This document shows, piece after piece, positions 1 to 8,493 of a stretch of DNA of 64,000 nt. A program made the translations under genes and the position numbers. The stretch spans positions 21,873 through 85,872 of the forward strand of contig CAYGCY010000001.1 in the NCBI GenBank assembly GCA_964348525.1, in the 5' to 3' direction. Numbering within the stretch: position 1 is the stretch's first letter; each line of letters starts with the position of its first letter. Source of the stretch: an uncultured Candidatus Saccharibacteria bacterium. GTDB lineage: Bacteria > Patescibacteriota > Minisyncoccia > Phycocordibacterales > Zambryskibacteraceae. The notes under the pieces are model-generated. The model had not been told where the DNA came from. It saw only the letters and a program-made list of their open reading frames with translations, and made no database searches.

Positions 1-833
1 AAGACAAAAATCTGGCGCAAAAGACCTTACGCGAATACGAACAGTTAAAAGTGCAGAAAGAAGGTGGTGGGGAATATGACAAAGGCTCTGCAGTTCTAAC
101 CATTTTTGCAGGGGCGGGCGGTGATGATGCAGAAGATTTTGCAAGAATGCTTCTTGAAATGTATATGAAATATTTTGATAAAAAAAACTGGGCTTACACA
201 TTTCTCCATGAGAACCAAAACGATCATGGTGGGTATAGAAACATCACGTTGGAGGTTGATGGCAAGGGCCCGCCTAGACTCGGCGAGGCTGGAGTATATG
301 GAATTTTAAAAAATGAATCAGGTGTTCATCGTTTGGTAAGAGTGTCTCCGTTTAGCGCAAAGAGTTTACGCCACACATCTTTTTGTTTGGTGGAATTTAT
401 TCCCAAATTTGAAAAAACCACAGAATATGCAATTCCAGAAGACGAAGTGCGAGTTGAGTTTGCGCGTTCTGGTGGTCCGGGTGGGCAAAATGTAAATAAA
501 AGAGAAACAGCTGTTCGTGTGATTCATGAGCCGACTAATATTTCTGTGCATGTTTCGACCGAGCGTAGTCAGGCCCAAAATAGGGAAAAAGCCATGCAAA
601 TTCTTTCCGCAAAACTTTATAAAATACGAGAAGATGAAAGGATAGCAAAAGAAAAAGGAATGTATATATCAAAAACTACAGAGATAACTTGGGGCAATCA
701 GATTCGCTCATATGTATTACACCCATACCAACTTGTAAAAGATCACCGAACAGAGGCGGAAACCAGAGACATTAAAGCGGTTCTCGATGGAGACATCGAT
801 TTATTTTTAGAAGCAGAAAAAAGCTTGAGCTAA
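1..833 (+). CDS. prfB: Peptide chain release factor 2, 5'-truncated by window edge (frame open from nt 3; the RF2 frameshift site would lie upstream)
   Basis: SPF tripeptide motif (VRVSPFSAK), GGQ motif (GGQNVNK) and RF2-type N-terminal EYD...AGAGG...MLLEMY region; reading frame has no stop back to nt 3. Confidence 0.85.
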   Translation, partial: DKNLAQKTLREYEQLKVQKEGGGEYDKGSAVLTIFAGAGGDDAEDFARMLLEMYMKYFDKKNWAYTFLHENQNDHGGYRNITLEVDGKGPPRLGEAGVYGILKNESGVHRLVRVSPFSAKSLRHTSFCLVEFIPKFEKTTEYAIPEDEVRVEFARSGGPGGQNVNKRETAVRVIHEPTNISVHVSTERSQAQNREKAMQILSAKLYKIREDERIAKEKGMYISKTTEITWGNQIRSYVLHPYQLVKDHRTEAETRDIKAVLDGDIDLFLEAEKSLS

Positions 834-850
834 TATGTTAAAATATTTGC

Positions 851-1531
851 GTGATCTATTTCGATAAAGTATCAAAAATCTATCCAGACAATTCTGTAGC
901 CCTAGAGGATGTGAGTTTTACTGTAGAGCCCAGAGAATTTGTCTCTGTAGTGGGGCATTCTGGGGCAGGAAAGACCACTCTCCTTAAGATGCTTTTAGTT
1001 GAGGATAAACCCACAGAAGGTCAGATATTTTTTGGCTCTCAAGACGTTCACGCTCTCTCGAAAAAAGAGCTCAATGACTATCGTCGAAAAGTAGGAGTGG
1101 TTTTTCAGGACTACCGCTTGCTTCCATACAAAAATGTTTTTGAAAATATAGCTTTTTCTATGGAGGCGGCAGGCAGGTCAGACGAAGAAATAGAGGCTGA
1201 CGTGCCCCATGTGCTTGATTTAGTGAACTTGGGACACAAAATATGGAATTTCCCAAATGAACTTTCGGGAGGTGAAAAGCAGAGAGTTGCTATAGCAAGG
1301 GCTATTATCAATCAGCCGGAAATAGTCATAGCCGATGAGCCTACAGGAAATTTGGATCCTGTAAACACCTTTGAAATTATTCAAATACTCAAGAAAATCA
1401 ATGATTTGGGCACCACGGTAATACTTACTACACACAACAAAGGAATAATAGATTCACTAAAGAAGAGGGTGATTACTATGGAAGATGGTAAAATTGTGCG
1501 AGACGATAAAAGTGGGCGGTATGTTCTATAG
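851..1531 (+). CDS. ftsE: Cell-division ABC ATPase FtsE
   Basis: Walker A GHSGAGKTT, ABC signature LSGGEKQRVAIARA, Walker B IVIADEPTGNLD; immediately upstream of FtsX-like permease. Confidence 0.85.
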   Translation: MIYFDKVSKIYPDNSVALEDVSFTVEPREFVSVVGHSGAGKTTLLKMLLVEDKPTEGQIFFGSQDVHALSKKELNDYRRKVGVVFQDYRLLPYKNVFENIAFSMEAAGRSDEEIEADVPHVLDLVNLGHKIWNFPNELSGGEKQRVAIARAIINQPEIVIADEPTGNLDPVNTFEIIQILKKINDLGTTVILTTHNKGIIDSLKKRVITMEDGKIVRDDKSGRYVL

Positions 1532-1545
1532 GTTTATTTAAAAAT

Positions 1546-2478
1546 ATGCCAAAACTTTCTACAAACACAAGAAGAATAATTAAAACAGGGTTCTTCAATT
1601 TTTGGAGAAATGGTTTTGTGTCTCTGTCTTCTGTTGTTGTGATGGTAGTAACACTTTCTGTGATAGGGGGGTTAATATTTCTGTCTGCTATTTTAAATTC
1701 GGCTCTTACTGAAATAAAAAATAAAGTTGATATCAATGTGTATTTTGTAACCTCTGCCTCAGAATCTGAAATTTTTGCACTTCAGAAAACTATAAATACT
1801 CTTCCAGAAGTGTCTGAGGTTTCATATACTTCGCGTGAGAAAGCCCTGGCTGACTTTAGAGACAAGCACAAAAATGACGAAATCACTTTGCAGGCGCTAG
1901 ACGAGCTGGGCGATAACCCACTTGGTGCTAGTCTAAGCATTAGAGCGAAAAACCCATCTCAATACGAAGGCATCGCTAAATTTCTTACCAAAGAAGGTGC
2001 TCTTTCATCGGGAGAGGATTCCATAATAGACAAGGTAAATTATTTTCAAAACAAAACAGCAATAGATAGGCTCTCAAAAATAATAGATTCGGCAAACAGG
2101 CTTGGCTACATAATCATTTTTATTTTGGCAGTTATTTCTGTGATAATCACCTTCAATACCATAAGGCTTGCCATTTTCTTCTCTCGTGAAGAAATCTCCG
2201 TGATGAGGCTTGTAGGGGCTACAGCGGGCTATATAAGGGGGCCATTCGTTGTGGCGGGCATTATGTATGGAGCAATGGCTGCTATTATTACCCTCATTAT
2301 ATTTTTCCCAATCACATACTGGCTAGGGGGTGCTACACAAAATTTTTTCATTGGCTTGAATATGTTTAGTTATTACTTGCGCAATTTTGGCCAATTCTTC
2401 TTAGCTCTTATTGGAGCAGGGGCTGTGATAGGTGCGGTCTCTAGCTACCTAGCTGCCAGAAAATATTTGAAACTCTAA
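1546..2478 (+). CDS. ftsX: Cell-division permease-like protein FtsX
   Basis: N-terminal TM, large extracytoplasmic loop, 3 C-terminal TM helices; FtsE-FtsX synteny. Confidence 0.8.
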   Translation: MPKLSTNTRRIIKTGFFNFWRNGFVSLSSVVVMVVTLSVIGGLIFLSAILNSALTEIKNKVDINVYFVTSASESEIFALQKTINTLPEVSEVSYTSREKALADFRDKHKNDEITLQALDELGDNPLGASLSIRAKNPSQYEGIAKFLTKEGALSSGEDSIIDKVNYFQNKTAIDRLSKIIDSANRLGYIIIFILAVISVIITFNTIRLAIFFSREEISVMRLVGATAGYIRGPFVVAGIMYGAMAAIITLIIFFPITYWLGGATQNFFIGLNMFSYYLRNFGQFFLALIGAGAVIGAVSSYLAARKYLKL

Positions 2479-2494
2479 GTAATTATCTGTTTAG

Positions 2495-2526
2495 AAAAAA
2501 CACCGGGCCGAGACCGGTGTTTTTTG
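2495..2526. terminator. Bidirectional intrinsic terminator between convergent ftsX and GNAT gene
   Basis: hairpin caccgg-gccgaga-ccggtg flanked by A-run upstream and T-run downstream. Confidence 0.7.
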
Positions 2527-3129
2527 TTATGCAAGGAACTTCTTTTTGTACTTCTCCCAGAGTGGAAGAAATTTGTCTCTGAATACTGCGAGAATAAATT
2601 CATCGCAGTATCTGCCATTGCGGAACTGTTGTTCTTTCCTTCGACCTTCCACGATGTAGCCACACTTCTCAAGGCATCTTTTACTACGCCCATTGAAGTC
2701 GTAGACAATAGAGCTAATCTTTCGTAGGTTCAGAGTGTTGAAGGCGAATTCTAGCACGAGCATTTTAGCCTCTGTGCCATAGCCCTTGCTCCACAAATCC
2801 TTTCTGCCTATGAAAGAGCCAGTTGTGGCTGTTCCATGCTGGTGATTGATTTTGTGGAGAGACATCACTCCGATAAGCTCGTTTGTGTCTACCAGTACAA
2901 TTCCAAAAGAGATGTCAGTACTTTTTCTTTCGGAATGTGACTCGACCCACCTAAGCTCGTCCTCTGGCGACATCGGGGCGTTTACCTTCAGAAACTGGTG
3001 TACTTCTGGGTCATTGATCCAGATGGTAAGAAGTGGTACGTCTTCTTTGAGTATTGGGCGAAGATAAACCCTCTTACCCATTCGGAACACAATCCTCTGT
3101 GATTCTCGCTTTTCCTTCATCCGTTTCAT
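2527..3129 (-). CDS. GNAT family N-acetyltransferase (RimJ/RimL-like)
   Basis: acetyl-CoA binding motif region ...GVMSLHKINHQHGTATTGSFIGRKDLWSKGYGTEA... typical of GNAT fold. Confidence 0.7.
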   Translation of the reverse strand: MKRMKEKRESQRIVFRMGKRVYLRPILKEDVPLLTIWINDPEVHQFLKVNAPMSPEDELRWVESHSERKSTDISFGIVLVDTNELIGVMSLHKINHQHGTATTGSFIGRKDLWSKGYGTEAKMLVLEFAFNTLNLRKISSIVYDFNGRSKRCLEKCGYIVEGRRKEQQFRNGRYCDEFILAVFRDKFLPLWEKYKKKFLA

Positions 3130-3412
3130 ACTTGCCTCGTGTTAGGGAAGTGAAAAGAACTATGCTGAATGAAAAATCTCGGCTTTTCATTCAGCCGAGA
3201 TTTTTCTAGAAAGTGTTAGGGAGATTTATACGCTAAAACTATCACGGCTGAATAAAAATGGTTTCTTTTCTTTGGCAACAGAAATAAACCAACATATTTG
3301 TGTGGCCATGTAACCTCTATTAAGCTGTGTATGCGTATTAGGCATAATTACACCTTAGGTTATTTGCTTCTCGAAAGCAAGTCCCCAGATATAGATATAG
3401 ATAGTATAATTT

Positions 3413-3448
3413 CCATATTCTCTAATTCGTGAGAATTAGAGAATATGG
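3413..3448. promoter_or_regulatory. 36-bp perfect palindrome (CCATATTCTCTAATTCGnnnnCGAATTAGAGAATATGG) directly downstream of a TATAAT box (3405-3410); candidate operator for the ArsR-family gene
   Basis: inverted repeat read directly; a TATAAT hexamer lies 3 nt upstream; tandem GATATA repeats precede it. Confidence 0.5.
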
Positions 3449-3496
3449 TTGAAGATTGAATTAATAAAAGGTCAAATTTAATTATTAGTGGTAAAA

Positions 3497-3760
3497 ATGC
3501 AAATAAGAAATTTAGAAAGAATACTTAAAGCCTTAGCAAACAGTCGCAGGCTGGAAATCTTGAAGTTTCTGCGGGGCAAGACTGCAAATGTGGGGGAGAT
3601 AGCTGAAGCCATAAAACTTTCATTCAAATCAACGTCGAGGCATCTTTCTATTCTGGCCGGTGCCGATATTTTGGAGAAAGACTATGTCAGTAACCAAGTT
3701 TATTACCACCTTTCGCCGAGCCCTCATACTTTGGTAAAAAAGACACTATCTATTCTCTAA
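3497..3760 (+). CDS. ArsR/SmtB-family winged-helix transcriptional regulator (start could be GTG 3488)
   Basis: LKALANSRRLEILKFL...VGEIAEAIKLSFKSTSRHLSILAGADIL HTH pattern of ArsR family. Confidence 0.6.
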   Translation: MQIRNLERILKALANSRRLEILKFLRGKTANVGEIAEAIKLSFKSTSRHLSILAGADILEKDYVSNQVYYHLSPSPHTLVKKTLSIL

Positions 3761-3781
3761 TTCGTACGAATTAGAGAATAG
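3750..3781. repeat. Second copy of the same palindrome (CTATTCTCTAATTCGtacCGAATTAGAGAATAG) overlapping the ArsR stop codon
   Basis: arm sequence identical to 3413-3448 palindrome; overlaps stop TAA 3758-3760. Confidence 0.5.
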
Positions 3782-3853
3782 ATAGTGGTGGGGGAGGTGG
3801 GGTTTGTTTGGGCATAGTTTGGTGTTGGTTTTTTTGTTATTGTGTAGGTTAAT

Positions 3854-3924
3854 TGCCAGTTCGTCTAATGGTAGGACGACCGCCTCTGGAGCGGTTAATT
3901 GGGGTTCGAGTCCCTGACTGGCAG
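3854..3924 (+). tRNA. tRNA-Gln (anticodon CUG)
   Basis: 7-bp acceptor TGCCAGT/ACTGGCA with U1:A72 (characteristic of tRNA-Gln), U8, D-stem GTCT/GGAC, anticodon stem ACCGC/GCGGT, loop CTCTGGA (CTG), T-loop TTCGAGT, discriminator G; no encoded CCA. Confidence 0.75.
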
Positions 3925-4105
3925 CAAATGGGCAAAGCCGATTTTCTGCTAGTCAGCAAAGCAATTTATTGCTTTGCGTAGGGTACTCGAAAGGCGCAGG
4001 TGTATTTTTGTTTTGCAAGGCAAAGGCAAAAATACCGAGCAGGGGTCGCGAAAAATTTCCGTCAGGAAATTTATTTGTGACCGAGTCCCTGACTGGCAGC
4101 AAATG
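3907..4105 (+). repeat. 24-bp direct repeat of the tRNA-Gln 3' end (CGAGTCCCTGACTGGCAGCAAATG at 3907-3930 and 4082-4105) bracketing a 151-bp hairpin-rich insert
   Basis: exact 24-nt duplication read in sequence; att-site-like arrangement. Confidence 0.6.
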
Positions 4106-4184
4106 ACTTGAGAAAACAGCTTGCTTTATCTCCACGCTCTGTTATCTTTAGCAGTTCACAGAACTTTATTCGTAATTAAATCAA

Positions 4185-4370
4185 ATGGACGAAAACAATA
4201 CAAACGCAAATCCTATTGCTGATACATCTGTGGGTACAAACCCGCAAGAGCCAGTAGTAGCGCCAGCGCAAACACCGGAAGTGGCAGAAACAATGCCAGC
4301 ACCGGAAGCAACAGTAGTGCCAGAAACACCAGTCGCAGATGCGCCAGCCGAGGAACCAGCTCAAGCGTAA
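4185..4370 (+). CDS. Small acidic Pro/Ala/Thr/Glu-rich low-complexity protein (61 aa), hypothetical
   Basis: ORF followed 8 nt later by a clean intrinsic terminator; no SD; composition-biased, so could be non-coding. Confidence 0.3.
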   Translation: MDENNTNANPIADTSVGTNPQEPVVAPAQTPEVAETMPAPEATVVPETPVADAPAEEPAQA

Positions 4371-4378
4371 AGCAAAAT

Positions 4379-4405
4379 AAAACTCCCTTTAGGGAGTTTT
4401 ATTTT
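4379..4405 (+). terminator. Intrinsic terminator
   Basis: AAAACTCCC-TTT-AGGGAGTTTT hairpin then T-run. Confidence 0.7.
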
Positions 4406-4493
4406 GTATGTAGGAATTTTAAATACTGTATAGACACATAGTGTAGTATTAAGTATACGTTTTCGATAATTTTGGAGAAAAACAGTAAATAAA

Positions 4494-5216
4494 GTGGATT
4501 CGGTAGCGACAAAAGAATACTGGAATGAGCACTGGAAAGAATCTGGCTTTGGAATTGCGCCAAAACACCACCCCGTGCGCAAATGGATTGAAAATGAAAT
4601 ACCAGACACAAAGACCGCGAGCTGTATAGAAATTGGCTGTTACCCAGGGAAGTTTTTATCGGTCTTTGGGGAAAAGGGGTATGAATTAAATGGGGTTGAC
4701 TCTTTTTCTGAAATAAACTCATTAGCGAATTGGTTTAAAGACAAAGGATATCGGCTTGGTAATTTCTATGAGGCGGATTTCTTCAAGTTTATTCCTGTTG
4801 CGAAATACGACATAGTTGCCTCATTTGGATTTATTGAACATTTTGAAAATTTGTCGGAGGTGTTGGATCGGCATTTAGCTCTTTTAAAACCAGGGGGGAA
4901 AGTAGTTATAGATGTGCCCAATCTCAATTCTCCAATTTATTATTTTCTCTACAAACTTTTTGAACCAAAAACATTACAAAATCACGTTTTGTCAGTTATG
5001 AATTTGGAGGCCATAAAATCCGTGCTTGAAGCAAAAGGTTGTCAAATAAATTACGCAGGATACTTTGGGTATTTTTATTTTCGGTTTGTTACAAAACACG
5101 ACAGCATTCATCAGAATATAGCCAAAATAATTAATTTATTTGATTTACCAATGCGCCTGTTTTCAGGCTCTTTATATAAAAGATATATTGGAGTTATTGC
5201 AACAAAACAGCAATAA
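4494..5216 (+). CDS. Class I SAM-dependent methyltransferase
   Basis: motif I IEIGCYPGKF, motif post-I, LLKPGGKVVIDVPN. Confidence 0.75.
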   Translation: MDSVATKEYWNEHWKESGFGIAPKHHPVRKWIENEIPDTKTASCIEIGCYPGKFLSVFGEKGYELNGVDSFSEINSLANWFKDKGYRLGNFYEADFFKFIPVAKYDIVASFGFIEHFENLSEVLDRHLALLKPGGKVVIDVPNLNSPIYYFLYKLFEPKTLQNHVLSVMNLEAIKSVLEAKGCQINYAGYFGYFYFRFVTKHDSIHQNIAKIINLFDLPMRLFSGSLYKRYIGVIATKQQ

Positions 5217-5245
5217 TTCAGCATGTATACTATCAATTAATAACT

Positions 5246-6466
5246 ATGAACAGAAAACGCCTATTTCTCTGGTCTCTGTACGATTTCGCTAATTCTATAG
5301 TTCTAATGGCCTCTCTGTTTTATTTTTCTCAGTGGTTGGTTATAGATCAGGGGAAGCCAGCTTGGTGGTATAACGTGTCCCTTGTTATTTCCTCAATTCT
5401 TTTTCTTTTGAGCGCACCAACTATTAGTAAAAAGATTGATGAGACAAAAGAAAAAATTGCCGGGCTTAGACTATGGACATTTCTTGCTTTCGTTGGTTTT
5501 TTGTCGCTGGCCTTTACCGTGATGCTTACAGACGGTAGAGAGGTCTTGGCAACGATTTTGTACACACTTTCTACATACGCTTATCTTGTGTGTTTCCTGT
5601 ATTTCACCCCAATGTTGAACGATATATCTAGCGATGAGAACCGTTCCTTACGGTCTGGTATTGGACAAGGCGCAAATTCAATTGGCCAAGTAGTAGGGGT
5701 CCTTATTACGCTTCCGTTTGTAAACGGAATAACACTGTTTGGTGATCCAGGAAGAGCTCAGGCGTTATTTCCGGCTACCATTATTTTTGGGATATTGGTT
5801 TTACCAATGCTTCTGTTCTATAAAGAAGAAAAATTTATTTCTTCCAGCAATACGCAGGTCAAAAACCAACTAAATATTGTCTCCTTATTTAAAGAAGTTT
5901 TCACATACAAACCATTGGCATTTCTTTTATTAGCTTATTTTTTGTTTAGTGATGCGCTAATCACATTTGCAAACAATTTCCCTCTGTATCTAGAGATAGT
6001 GCACAACGTAAGCGATACAGTAAAGTCAGTATTGACTGCATGCATCCTTTTACTTGCAGCTGTTGGAGCAATTGTTTTTGGCAAAGTAGCTGATAAAAAG
6101 GGGAGTTTTAAAGTGCTTAAAATTATTTTATTTATTTGGAGCCTTATCTTTTTGGGTATGGCCTTAATTACAAACTTTAAAGTACTTGTTCCAATGTTTT
6201 TATTGGCGGGAATATTATTCGGTCCCGTTTGGGGGATAAGCAGAGCACTTGTGGGTCAGCTTGCGCCTCCGCATTTAGTTGCCTCCTCATATAGCTATTA
6301 TGTAGTTGCGGAGCGTTTTGCCACTCTTGTTGGCCCTGCGGTATGGAGTATCGCCCTTATTACTTTTGGCGAAGGGGCTCGTGGGTATCAAGCAGGAAGT
6401 CTTTCTCTTATGGCATTGTTGCTTATAAGTATTTTTGTATTAAACAGAGTGAAGACGACAGTATGA
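5246..6466 (+). CDS. MFS transporter, UMF1/Atg22-like family
   Basis: N-terminal LYDFANS motif typical of UMF1 family; ~11-12 predicted TM helices. Confidence 0.65.
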   Translation: MNRKRLFLWSLYDFANSIVLMASLFYFSQWLVIDQGKPAWWYNVSLVISSILFLLSAPTISKKIDETKEKIAGLRLWTFLAFVGFLSLAFTVMLTDGREVLATILYTLSTYAYLVCFLYFTPMLNDISSDENRSLRSGIGQGANSIGQVVGVLITLPFVNGITLFGDPGRAQALFPATIIFGILVLPMLLFYKEEKFISSSNTQVKNQLNIVSLFKEVFTYKPLAFLLLAYFLFSDALITFANNFPLYLEIVHNVSDTVKSVLTACILLLAAVGAIVFGKVADKKGSFKVLKIILFIWSLIFLGMALITNFKVLVPMFLLAGILFGPVWGISRALVGQLAPPHLVASSYSYYVVAERFATLVGPAVWSIALITFGEGARGYQAGSLSLMALLLISIFVLNRVKTTV

Positions 6467-6532
6467 TTTAAGAAAAATGGGCAGATTAGGTTCTTGTTCT
6501 TCTTTGGCCCTTTTCTGATATATTTGAGTCAA

Positions 6533-6961
6533 ATGAAAAAGTCTATAATCATTTTAATAGTAATTTTCTTGGCCCTAGGGTTTTTTGTTTTTTCGAATAA
6601 ATTTCAAAAAGAAGGCACCATCTACAATAATGCTTCAGCGAATGACATTGTGGTTGAGTTGCCTTATCCTGATGCTGTCACGGGAAAAGAATTTAGCGTA
6701 ATAGGTAGCGCGCGGGGCTTCTGGTTTTTTGAGGGCTCGTTTCCTTTAGAAGTATTAGACGAAAATGGTAAAAGTATTGCTGTGGGCTACGCTCAGGCAG
6801 AAGGAGAATGGATGACCACAGAATTTGTGCCTTTTAAAGGCGAGATAAAGGTACCGGAGAGCTATATAGGTAAAGCTGTTTTAGTTTTGAAAAAGGATAA
6901 TCCGTCTGGGATACCCGAAAAAGATGCCAGCATTTCTTTCAAATTCAATATTGAATACTAG
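6533..6961 (+). CDS. Membrane-anchored Gmad2 immunoglobulin-like domain protein (ORF track start 6494)
   Basis: N-terminal TM; C-terminal GSARGFWFFEGSFPLEVLDENGKSIAVGYAQAEGEWMTTEFVPFKGEI resembles Gmad2/GerM-associated Ig-like domain. Confidence 0.5.
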   Translation: MKKSIIILIVIFLALGFFVFSNKFQKEGTIYNNASANDIVVELPYPDAVTGKEFSVIGSARGFWFFEGSFPLEVLDENGKSIAVGYAQAEGEWMTTEFVPFKGEIKVPESYIGKAVLVLKKDNPSGIPEKDASISFKFNIEY

Positions 6962-7013
6962 TTTTCTGTCACGGGAGTATAATTTAGGTTAATTAATCAT
7001 TTAATTTATTACC

Positions 7014-7277
7014 ATGCAAAAAGTACAAACACATAAAGTAGGTTTAGTCTTGGGTGCGTCTTTGGGAGTTTTTCATCTAATCTGGGCGCTTTTAGTGGCT
7101 TCCGGCACAGCTCAAAGTATGATGGATTTTGTTTTCAAACTGCACATGATTAATCCGCCATATACTATTGCTTCATTTAGTTTCGGTTTGGCGCTCACGC
7201 TTATAATTGTTACCGCTGTCATAGGCTATATTGCCGGCTTGATAATGGGGTATCTTTGGAACAAGTTAGTCGCATAA
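7014..7277 (+). CDS. Small membrane protein (2 TM), hypothetical
   Basis: two hydrophobic helices; no recognisable domain. Confidence 0.4.
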   Translation: MQKVQTHKVGLVLGASLGVFHLIWALLVASGTAQSMMDFVFKLHMINPPYTIASFSFGLALTLIIVTAVIGYIAGLIMGYLWNKLVA

Positions 7278-7351
7278 TATTCCCCGCACAATTTCCAACC
7301 GAACGAGCTATTTTTGGAGTTATACATGCCAAAGGTATATAATTCGGCTAT

Positions 7352-8491
7352 ATGAAAAAAGGCCTTATTTTGTCTGGACTAGCGCTAATGAGTGTCATTC
7401 TTTTTATTCCTTTTATTTCTGAAGGGGCAGTAGTTGGTTTTGGAGATAACTACATAGTTCCAAAAGACTCACGAGTAGATACCAATCTTTATGCAGGGGG
7501 GCAACAGCTTACTCTCACAGGGAATATTTTTGGTGATGTAGTTGGTGGAGGTGGAAATGTTTTCATAAGCAATAAAATAGCGGGAGATGCACTGCTTTTT
7601 GGTGGAACTATAAATACTGTTTCAAATATCTCTGGTGATTTGAGACTTGTTGGAATGTCGATAGTTGTGTCGGGTGAAATAGATGGAGACGTGGCAGTAG
7701 CCGGAAAGAATATAAGAATTGTTGACAGTGCTTTTATAACTGGAGATTTGCTTGGTGTCGGGGGCAATATTGTTGTATCTGGTCCGGTAAAAGGCTCTGT
7801 TAAAATATCTGCCGCTGAAGTTACTTTGAACGGGGTAGTTGATGGGGATGTAAAAGTAGTAGCAGATAAGCTTTTTGTAGGCAAAGGCGCGGTTATCAAA
7901 GGCTCTCTAGAATATAAATCGGTTCGTGAGGCGATAGTTGATAAAGACGCAACAATAATGGGGGAGACCAGTTTTGAAAAAGTTTCTTACTCCGGTGAAA
8001 ATTCGAACATATTTTCGTTTCTTTGGAACTCTTTTTTTTGGGTTAAGCTAATAACCCTGTTTGTCTCGGCAATGATTTTGTTTGCGATAGGGAAGAGAAG
8101 TGTTGCCGTCTTATCTGTGCGTGGGAGAGAAGATGTTTGGCATAATATTTTTGCAGGTATTTTGTTTCTAATAGGTGCACCAGTTTCTGCAGTACTTTTA
8201 GTAATGACAGTAATAGGACTCCCTCTTTCAATTGCTGTGGTTGGCTTGAGTATTATTTTTATAATTGTATCTGTGGCCTTTACCCCAATTTTGTTGGGTG
8301 CATTCATAAAGAAGCTTATAAAAAAGAACGACACAATATCATGGAAAGTTATTCTTCTAGGCTCCTTTGGAATGACTGTTTTGGGGCTCATACCATTTTT
8401 AGGTAGTATCTTGAGAACTTTCATTTTCTTGGTAGCCATAGGAGTGATGATAAGAGTTGGCTTTGAAAAACTTCAACACATAAGAAATTAA
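7352..8491 (+). CDS. Secreted bactofilin-like (polymer-forming cytoskeletal/DUF583-type) beta-helical repeat protein with C-terminal multi-TM domain
   Basis: signal peptide; repeated G-D/N-V/I-x-V-x-G-x-V hexad-like repeats (GDVVGGGGNVFISNKIAGDALLFGG..., GDLRLVGMSIVVSGEIDGDVAVAGKNIRIV...); 4 TM helices at C-terminus. Confidence 0.55.
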   Translation: MKKGLILSGLALMSVILFIPFISEGAVVGFGDNYIVPKDSRVDTNLYAGGQQLTLTGNIFGDVVGGGGNVFISNKIAGDALLFGGTINTVSNISGDLRLVGMSIVVSGEIDGDVAVAGKNIRIVDSAFITGDLLGVGGNIVVSGPVKGSVKISAAEVTLNGVVDGDVKVVADKLFVGKGAVIKGSLEYKSVREAIVDKDATIMGETSFEKVSYSGENSNIFSFLWNSFFWVKLITLFVSAMILFAIGKRSVAVLSVRGREDVWHNIFAGILFLIGAPVSAVLLVMTVIGLPLSIAVVGLSIIFIIVSVAFTPILLGAFIKKLIKKNDTISWKVILLGSFGMTVLGLIPFLGSILRTFIFLVAIGVMIRVGFEKLQHIRN

Positions 8492-8493
8492 AA

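Noticed and set aside
1-833. Looking for the programmed +1 frameshift site of prfB
   Set aside because: The canonical CTT TGA C site lies near codon 25, upstream of the window start. It cannot be assessed here.
3165-3206. Overlapping alternative hairpins (TGAATGAAAA/TTTTCATTCA and GAAAAATCTCGGC/GCCGAGATTTTTC) upstream of the GNAT gene as an attenuator
   Set aside because: Neither is followed by a U-run on the relevant strand, and there is no leader peptide. Most likely a simple structured spacer. Noted only.
3854-3924. tRNA-Gln as a pseudogene, because it starts with T and has wobble pairs in the T-stem
   Set aside because: U1:A72 is the normal identity feature of bacterial tRNA-Gln. All four arms and the 7-nt loops are present. 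The wobble pairs are tolerable.
7489-8439. Minus-strand ORFs 7489-7899, 7987-8439 and other antisense ORFs inside long genes (for example 11161-12303 plus, 17170-17619 minus, 35358-35621 minus)
   Set aside because: They are fully contained antisense to well-supported genes. The proteins are low-complexity with no signals of their own.
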